Assembly (NCBI GenBank): GCA_046484135.1
Contig: JAWOBU010000118.1
Coordinates: forward strand, 1 to 13,491
Origin: a bacterium
Lineage (GTDB): Bacteria; RBG-13-61-14; DATKZS01
Length of the DNA: 13,491 nt
Reading direction: 5' to 3'
Under the pieces are notes generated by a model. The model worked only from the letters and a program-made list of their open reading frames with translations. It had not been told where the DNA came from and made no database searches. Position 1 is the stretch's first letter. Each line of letters starts with the position of its first letter. Position numbers and translations under genes: made by a program. Shown one piece after another: positions 7,906-13,491 of this stretch.

Positions 7906-8252
7906 GACACCTCCATTTCATCTTCGCTCTCATCGCAAACCGAGCCATCGCAAAGCCTCCTGGTGTAGTCCAGGTAGTGGCCGAGCAGGTGGAGCTTTTC
8001 CATGAACTCGGGCCACCCGCAGGACGGCAATGCGTCCTTTGACAGTGGAACGTCGTCAATAATCTCCTCGGGGGTCCGCGGGTCCTGCAAGACCTCCCAG
8101 ATTTCCTCCCACAGCTCCTGGGCCTCCCTCATAACGCTGGCCGCCACGCCCTGGAAATGTCTCATCCGGGCATTGAAACGATCCACCTCTCTTCTTGTCT
8201 CATGATTCCAGCCGGATGAGGTCTCGGCTGTTCCGTTATTGGGATGTTTCAT
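7902..8252 (-). CDS. Hypothetical protein, CGWPEF-motif paralog A (116 aa)
   Basis: AGAGGA SD, first gene after the sigma54 promoter, paralogous to 7597-7905, acidic C-terminal tail. Confidence 0.85.
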   Translation of the reverse strand: MKHPNNGTAETSSGWNHETRREVDRFNARMRHFQGVAASVMREAQELWEEIWEVLQDPRTPEEIIDDVPLSKDALPSCGWPEFMEKLHLLGHYLDYTRRLCDGSVCDESEDEMEVS

Positions 8253-8302
8253 TGTAAAATCCTCTTGTTAAGGCAGATGATTCTGGCCGCGGTTTTATTG
8301 TT

Positions 8303-8318
8303 AGCAAACGCTGTGCCA
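8303..8318 (-). promoter_or_regulatory. Sigma54 (-24/-12) promoter
   Basis: Minus strand reads TGGCAC-AGCGT-TTGCT, an exact match to TGGCAC-N5-TTGCW with GG-N10-GC spacing. It lies 50 nt upstream of ATG 8252. Confidence 0.92.
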
Positions 8319-8497
8319 TGGCTGATCCAGAAACGCCTCACCTGCTTAAGCCTTTGCAATTAAGAGGAAAAGCATGTGGAATTTCAGCGAGAGGTGACAC
8401 ACCCGGCAGGTAAATAATGGTGTTCTTGAGCCAGTCCCTGAATGGTTCCAGAAGGTCTTTTGCGTCTAAGATTCTGAATTAATTATATTTACGGCTA

Positions 8498-8516
8498 CTG
8501 TTCAAGAATTGAACAG
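8498..8516. promoter_or_regulatory. Putative upstream activator sequence for the sigma54 activator
   Basis: Perfect palindrome CTGTTCAA-GAA-TTGAACAG about 180 bp upstream of the -24 box. It has the same 17-bp dyad geometry as NtrC sites (TGCACCA-N3-TGGTGCA). Confidence 0.65.
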
Positions 8517-8539
8517 GGATGGGGCTTACCATCAATTTT

Positions 8540-9991
8540 TTAGTCCGAATCGCTGCCCGGCTGGTAAAGCCGGTATTTTTTTATCCTGTTCCTGAGGGTG
8601 TTCCTGCTTATGCCCAGAACCTTGGCGGCCCTCACCTGGTTGTAGTCGCATTCTTTGAGCGCCTTTGAGATAAGTATCTCCTCCACCAGTTCAATAATAT
8701 TAGCGTGACTTATCTCATTCGACGAGTCCATGATATCCGGGACAATCTCTTCTATCCTCTGCCTGAGATTGTCCTTTAGCTGTTCGCGGGTATAGCTGCC
8801 AGCCGCGTCTTCCCGGGCCGCATCAATCTTCAGATGTTCTTTGAGTATGACGTCTCCCGAACACAAAAGCACGGCCCGTCGCAAACAGTTTTCCAACTCC
8901 CTTACGTTTCCGGGCCAGGAATAAGATTGCAGCCTGCGGACAGCGGAGTCCTCCAAAAAACGGATGGGCTTTTCATACTCTTCGCTGAAACGGCCCAGGA
9001 AATAATCGGCAAGGGCGGGTACATCTTCTATGCGTTCCCGGAGCGGAGGCAGGTGGATCGTGATTACTTTCAGCCGCCAGTAAAGGTCTTCTCTGAACTT
9101 TCCGACCTCCACCGCTTCTTCAAGATTCTTGTTGGTCGCCGCTATCACCCGGACGTCGGTCTTGATGGTCTCGGAGCCTCCCAGCCTTTCAAACTCGCCT
9201 TCCTGGAGCACCCTCAGTACCTTGGCCTGGGTGGAAAGGGTCATGTCCCCGATCTCGTCAAAGAACAGGGTGCCCCCATGACACCTCTCGAACTTTCCTA
9301 TGTGAGTCCGGTCAGCGCCGGTAAAGGCGCCCCGTTCGTGTCCGAACAGCTCGCTCTCGAAGAGCGGATCAGGGATAGCCGCGCAATTGACCGCCAGAAA
9401 AGGCTTGTCCTTCCTGCTGCTGTGGTGATAAACAGCTCTCGCCGCCAGTTCCTTGCCCGCCCCGCTCTCGCCGGTTATGAGAATGGTTATGTCTTTTTCC
9501 GCGACCTGCCCTATGAGCTTAAACACTTCCTGCATCTTTTTCGAAGAGCCCACGATCTTTACCGCGTCTATGGGGGTAGAGGAGACCTTGGAGAGCGAGT
9601 GGGGGAAACTGACCACCTGCTTCATGAGCCGGTTCACCTCAAGGGCGTCCGCGGCTATCTTTTTTAATTCCTCCTTGTCAAACGGCTTCAAAAGATAGTC
9701 GTAAGCACCCATTTTCATAGCCTGGATCGCGGTCTCGGTGGTGCCGTAGGCGGTGATAATTATGACCGGGGTCTTGTGCTGGGCGCTACGTATTTTTTTG
9801 AAAGTGTCGAGCCCGGAAAGTCCCGGCATCTTGTAGTCCAGAAGAATGAGGTCGAACTCCTCCCTGGAAAGACGATCGAGCGCAGAGGCCCCGTCGCCGG
9901 CGGAGCCGACCTGGTAACCCTCCTTTTCGAAAAGCCTGCTCAGAAAGTGCACCAGGCTTTCATCGTCGTCAACTATGAATATCCTGTTCAT
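8540..9991 (-). CDS. Sigma54-dependent response regulator, NtrC/AtoC family (REC, AAA+, Fis HTH), 483 aa
   Basis: REC domain (IVDDD, LLDYKMP, AYDYLLKP), Walker A GESGAGKE, ESELFGHERGAFTGA, FFDEIG, WPGNVRELEN, and HTH NQVRAAKVLGISRNTL. Confidence 0.96.
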   Translation of the reverse strand: MNRIFIVDDDESLVHFLSRLFEKEGYQVGSAGDGASALDRLSREEFDLILLDYKMPGLSGLDTFKKIRSAQHKTPVIIITAYGTTETAIQAMKMGAYDYLLKPFDKEELKKIAADALEVNRLMKQVVSFPHSLSKVSSTPIDAVKIVGSSKKMQEVFKLIGQVAEKDITILITGESGAGKELAARAVYHHSSRKDKPFLAVNCAAIPDPLFESELFGHERGAFTGADRTHIGKFERCHGGTLFFDEIGDMTLSTQAKVLRVLQEGEFERLGGSETIKTDVRVIAATNKNLEEAVEVGKFREDLYWRLKVITIHLPPLRERIEDVPALADYFLGRFSEEYEKPIRFLEDSAVRRLQSYSWPGNVRELENCLRRAVLLCSGDVILKEHLKIDAAREDAAGSYTREQLKDNLRQRIEEIVPDIMDSSNEISHANIIELVEEILISKALKECDYNQVRAAKVLGISRNTLRNRIKKYRLYQPGSDSD

Positions 9992-9994
9992 CCT

Positions 9995-11836
9995 CTACTC
10001 TTCGACATTTGCCGTCACTGGCAGAAACACACTGAAAGTGGTCCCTCGGCCGGGTACGCTGTTTACGGTCACTTCTCCCCCGTGCATATTGACGGTGCTG
10101 TTCACTATCGAGAGCCCGAGCCCGGTGCCCGAGGCCTTGGTGGTGAAAAAGGGGTCAAAAAGCCTCTCCAGGTTTTCCGGCTTTATGCCTTCGCCCGTGT
10201 CACTGACGTCTATACTGACGCACTCCTTCATCCGGCCGTGCAGTAAGCTCCGGACCGGGGAGGCGGACACGGTTAGAACGTCTCCCTTGGACATCACCTC
10301 GATGGCGTTCACCATCAGGTTCAAAAGCGCCTCTCCGAGCTGCCTCTTGTCTCCGCTGACCGCGGGCAAGCCGGCCGCGATGTGCTTTTTAACCATGATC
10401 TCCTGCTGGACCGCCCGCGGCTGCACCATGAGCAGGATATCATCCACCAGTTGCGCAACGTCTATTGTGGATAAAACGGGGTCCTGGGGCCTGGCAAAGT
10501 CAAGGAACTTGTTGATGGTGGACTCGATTCTCAAAACCTGTTTCATGGCGATCCCGAAGTCTTCCTCGTACTCCGGAGAGATTTCAATGTCTCCTTTTAC
10601 TGACTCCAGGAAAAGCTTGATGGAGGTGAGAGGCGTCCTTATCTCATGGGTCACGCCGGCGGCAAGCCTGCCGAGCGCGGCAAGCCTCTCCGACCTCGCC
10701 GCGGCCTCTTCGGTCTGCCTGAGCTTTACGTCCGCCTCCTTCAATTCGGCCTCCGTCAGGTCCACTTTCTCTTCAAGGCTGTACTGCCGGGCCTTGAGCT
10801 GCCTGGACATGTCAGCGAAGGCCGAAAACAGCGCCCCTATTTCATCCCCCCGCCGCGTGTCAACAACCGCGTCCTCGAACCGGCCTCTTGCAAGGGAGTG
10901 GGCCGCATCGTTCAATCGCCGGATCGGATTAACTATATAATAAGCCAGAAGCCAGGCAAGGATTAACGCGCCCAGGATGGACAATACGATGGCTGCGTAA
11001 AGGTAGCGCTTGAGACGGAACACGCCGGCAAAAGCTTCCTCCCGGTCCTGTTCCACCACCAAATACCAGTCAGTGCCCTCAATGTGACGCGAAGCGCCCA
11101 GAACCTCGATCCCTCGATAATCCATATAAAATTGATACTGAGACCCCCTGAATATTTTTTCGAAGCTTCCGGACCTGGCTATGTTTTCTGTAAGTATCTT
11201 CTCCGGATACTTGTGAGCCAGGAAAGTACCTTCGTCGTTTACAAGATAGCTTTCACCCGTCTCACCAAGGGAAACCTGGAGAACTAGGGAAACAATTGAC
11301 TCGGTCCCAACAGTGGCGCAAACCGCGCCCTTGATCTCCCCCTCCTCGTTATAGACGGGCGACGAGATACGAAAGACGGACTCCCGGCTCCCCGGCTCAT
11401 GGATGATCTCCGATTGATAAAACCTTCCTGCCATTGCTTCCTTGAACCACTGTTCGTTGCTGTGATCAACGCCTCGGTCCCTGGAATTGAATACCACATC
11501 CCCGTCCCTGGAAATAACCACGAAATCCCGATAGACTTTGTAATTCCTCCGCACCAGTCTCAGGTAGGAAGCAATGGACGAAGGGTCCATGGACCGTATT
11601 ATCGAAGAATCGGCGACAACCTTGAGATCAGCCTTGCGTTCGGACAACCACCTCTCCAGAAGGTCCAGCTTGTCATCAGCAACGCTCTCCAGATGGCTGG
11701 ACACCATATGAGTGATAAGCTTCTCCGCCGTCCTTATGGAGAAGGCGCTTACAACTCCCAGCGGAACCAGGGACACAACTAAAAAAAGAAGTGTAACCTT
11801 CAACTGTAGATTGTTAATGAACTGCCCGAATCTCAA
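9995..11836 (-). CDS. Membrane sensor histidine kinase (TM, dCache-like, TM, HAMP, HisKA, HATPase)
   Basis: Two TM segments, HAMP (PIRRL...RGDEIGALFSAF), H box HEIRTPL, N box NLMVNA, DTGEGI, FDPFFTTK and GTGLGL. The stop lies 3 nt before the regulator ATG. Start placed at TTG 11836 (613 aa; GGGGG upstream, downstream of the promoter) rather than 11923. Confidence 0.93.
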   Translation of the reverse strand: MRFGQFINNLQLKVTLLFLVVSLVPLGVVSAFSIRTAEKLITHMVSSHLESVADDKLDLLERWLSERKADLKVVADSSIIRSMDPSSIASYLRLVRRNYKVYRDFVVISRDGDVVFNSRDRGVDHSNEQWFKEAMAGRFYQSEIIHEPGSRESVFRISSPVYNEEGEIKGAVCATVGTESIVSLVLQVSLGETGESYLVNDEGTFLAHKYPEKILTENIARSGSFEKIFRGSQYQFYMDYRGIEVLGASRHIEGTDWYLVVEQDREEAFAGVFRLKRYLYAAIVLSILGALILAWLLAYYIVNPIRRLNDAAHSLARGRFEDAVVDTRRGDEIGALFSAFADMSRQLKARQYSLEEKVDLTEAELKEADVKLRQTEEAAARSERLAALGRLAAGVTHEIRTPLTSIKLFLESVKGDIEISPEYEEDFGIAMKQVLRIESTINKFLDFARPQDPVLSTIDVAQLVDDILLMVQPRAVQQEIMVKKHIAAGLPAVSGDKRQLGEALLNLMVNAIEVMSKGDVLTVSASPVRSLLHGRMKECVSIDVSDTGEGIKPENLERLFDPFFTTKASGTGLGLSIVNSTVNMHGGEVTVNSVPGRGTTFSVFLPVTANVEE

Positions 11837-11861
11837 GTGATATGCCCCCGCAACGGATAAA

Positions 11862-11891
11862 ATTATATCAACCCTCCCCTCATAAAAACAA
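11862..11891 (-). promoter_or_regulatory. Sigma70 promoter of the two-component operon
   Basis: Minus strand reads TTGTTT-N18-TATAAT with a perfect extended -10 (TGATATAAT, 11870-11862). Confidence 0.65.
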
Positions 11892-12066
11892 GTGATTCCC
11901 ACCTCAGACCAGCAATTTCGCAACTTCTGTCGGGTTGGTGTTTGGCGGGAATGTTTTCTTTAATTTTATTGGGAGACGGGTTTTGAGTATCGGTTACAAA
12001 GCCGATGAGGAGAGTGCATGCGTTTTAAAGAATCCTGTTTGCGTCATAAAGGCCGCGGGTTTCCGG

Positions 12067-12091
12067 CTGCCGGCCCGGCTTGGACCGGCAG
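12067..12091 (-). other. GC-rich stem-loop downstream of the transposase
   Basis: Minus strand CTGCCGGTCC-AAGCC-GGGCCGGCAG forms a 10-bp stem with one G-U pair. There is no U tract. Confidence 0.4.
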
Positions 12092-12110
12092 TAGAGAGGG
12101 GGGCAGTGTT

Positions 12111-13391
12111 CTAAATGGGTGGTCCGGCCTTCTTGGACAGACCGCGCTTGCTTGGTTTAGGGAGGTCCTGATAGAGACTCTGTGCTATTTCTTTTAAGGG
12201 GGGCAGTTTACGTGTTGTCCTGCTCATCACCTGTCTTATGACCCACAAGTGGAAAAGGAGATATGCCATCAAGCGCAGAGCGGAGACAGCCAGGTACGCG
12301 GTGGGCTTATGTACCGCCATGTGCTTGAAACCCCAGTAGGAGGTAAGGTCTGCGAAAAGGTTGCTGTCTATCTCCCATCTTAACTTGCCAACCGTAAACA
12401 AGCTTGTCGCGCTTACCGATTTGAGGGTAGTCAGCCAGTAGTTTTCACTGGTCTCGAACACGGCGGTCTTCTTGCCGCCCTCGATGCGGTTTGACCGCTT
12501 GTTTTCCACCGACCGGACCACCCGAACGCTTGCTCCGGCCGCGTCCCAATATACCTCGAACTCGTCCCACAACCTCCGCGAGTATCTTTCGCCTTCCTCA
12601 TGCAAGTAATCGGCCTCCCGGTCATGGGTAAGCCGTCCGGCTTCGGCGAGAAGACCGGGCTGGTTCTCTTTAAGGCAGACTACAATGTCCCAGCCCTGGC
12701 CGGTTACGAACTTGAAAAACCTCTCCGTTGCGTACAAAGCGTCGGCAACCACCACATCGAAAAACCGTTTGCCGAGCCTCCGGCGAAGCTTTTTCAACAA
12801 ACGGGTGCCCGCCGCAACCTCATCCTCGCCGGGAAGCACAGGCTCTACGCCCACCGGAGCAGGGAAGGAACATCCGATCAAACAGGCAACAACCAGCCGG
12901 TGATAATACTGCGTGTATGTGGTCTCTGCCCCGTCTTCCTTCTTGAAGCTCACCTCCCGCTGCAAACAGTAGTCGCAGCACCGGCTGTAGGAGCTGAAAA
13001 TCTCGATCCCGTCAAGGCAGACAAATAAAAGCCCGCCCCCTATATCGCTGCGAAGCATCTGCTTGGTCTTCGCCTTCTTCAAAATGCCGGACCAGAACCG
13101 CTGGAGACTCTCCAGGTCCATCTCCTCCAGCGCGTTGCCTATGGTGTCCTCGCTGAGAGGGCCCACACGGCTGCGCAAAGGACCACTACAACAACTGTGC
13201 TCCATGGAATGGGCGCTTTCCAGCCGAAAGACCGAACCCCAGAACACCGCGCCCAAAGCCCGCGACAGCGGAATCTGGGGACGCTCTCGACCGTCAACAG
13301 GAGAAGAGAGACCCTCGGAAAAATCGAATGACTTGTCAAGCCATCTTTTAAGACTTCCCCTTCGAGGATTTCCCGCTGCCCTTTCTTGCAT
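12111..13391 (-). CDS. tnp: DDE transposase (IS4-like, DDE_Tnp_1 type), 426 aa
   Basis: Motifs D.R.RPQIP, VCLDG (first Asp), SRCCDYC, YYH, GEDEVAAG.RLL, VVADALYA (second Asp), LKENQP.L and RWEIDSNLFADL (YREK-like region). Confidence 0.9.
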   Translation of the reverse strand: MQERAAGNPRRGSLKRWLDKSFDFSEGLSSPVDGRERPQIPLSRALGAVFWGSVFRLESAHSMEHSCCSGPLRSRVGPLSEDTIGNALEEMDLESLQRFWSGILKKAKTKQMLRSDIGGGLLFVCLDGIEIFSSYSRCCDYCLQREVSFKKEDGAETTYTQYYHRLVVACLIGCSFPAPVGVEPVLPGEDEVAAGTRLLKKLRRRLGKRFFDVVVADALYATERFFKFVTGQGWDIVVCLKENQPGLLAEAGRLTHDREADYLHEEGERYSRRLWDEFEVYWDAAGASVRVVRSVENKRSNRIEGGKKTAVFETSENYWLTTLKSVSATSLFTVGKLRWEIDSNLFADLTSYWGFKHMAVHKPTAYLAVSALRLMAYLLFHLWVIRQVMSRTTRKLPPLKEIAQSLYQDLPKPSKRGLSKKAGPPI

Positions 13392-13491
13392 CCGCCGCTT
13401 CCTGCTTGCGCTTCAAAAAGTTCTCCAGGTTGATGGACAGAATCTCCTCCACCGCTTGTTCGAACTCCTGGCGCTCCTCGATCAACGAACG
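13348..13491 (-). CDS. 3' end of a small IS accessory ORF (DUF6788-like), partial
   Basis: Open frame from the window edge: RSLIEERQEFEQAVEEILSINLENFLKRKQEAADARKGSGKSSKGKS*. It overlaps the transposase start by 44 nt. The helical tail resembles the small ORFs that precede some IS transposases; this family call is from memory. Confidence 0.55.
   Translation of the reverse strand, partial: RSLIEERQEFEQAVEEILSINLENFLKRKQEAADARKGSGKSSKGKS

Larger units (their letters stand above)
12010..13491 (-). mobile_element. IS4-like/ISNCY-type insertion sequence, partial (extends past the window)
   Basis: Contains a transposase and an overlapping upstream ORF. The boundary near 12010 is approximate because the partner end lies outside the window. 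Confidence 0.65.

Noticed and set aside
5008..8539. Canonical NrpR operator (GGAA-N6-TTCC) in the intergenic regions
   Set aside because: I found no match by eye. The CACGGCA direct repeat before gdhA (7539-7545 and 7548-7554) is too short to call a site.
8540..11836. Naming the pair ntrB/ntrC
   Set aside because: The kinase is membrane-bound with Cache and HAMP domains, unlike cytoplasmic PAS-containing NtrB, and orthology cannot be shown from motifs.
1218..13491. Composite transposon carrying the gdh cluster
   Set aside because: The two flanking IS elements are unrelated and share no ends, and no target-site duplication brackets the cluster.
1..13491. CRISPR array, tRNA or rRNA
   Set aside because: I saw no regularly spaced repeats or recognisable structural RNA gene signatures.

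Overview
The core of this window is a co-oriented, minus-strand nitrogen/glutamate gene cluster of about 9.5 kb (2392-11891). In transcription order it holds a Cache-HAMP sensor histidine kinase, an NtrC/AtoC-type sigma54 response regulator, and a palindromic enhancer with a consensus -24/-12 promoter. These are followed by two small paralogous Cys/His-motif proteins that I do not recognise, a glutamate dehydrogenase, an NrpR-family (2-oxoglutarate-sensing) regulator, and an 871-aa protein that fuses a degenerate KaiC/RecA-like domain to a PEP-synthase-type ATP-grasp domain. On the left is an internally deleted IS1634-family element with intact terminal inverted repeats, next to a degraded region containing PAS and alpha/beta-hydrolase fragments and a long branched hairpin. 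On the right is an unrelated IS4-like transposase with an overlapping upstream accessory ORF that is cut by the window edge. The best candidate for an undescribed system is the sigma54 operon of paralog pair, gdhA, nrpR and the dikinase-like gene. All family calls come from recognising motifs by eye; no searches were run.
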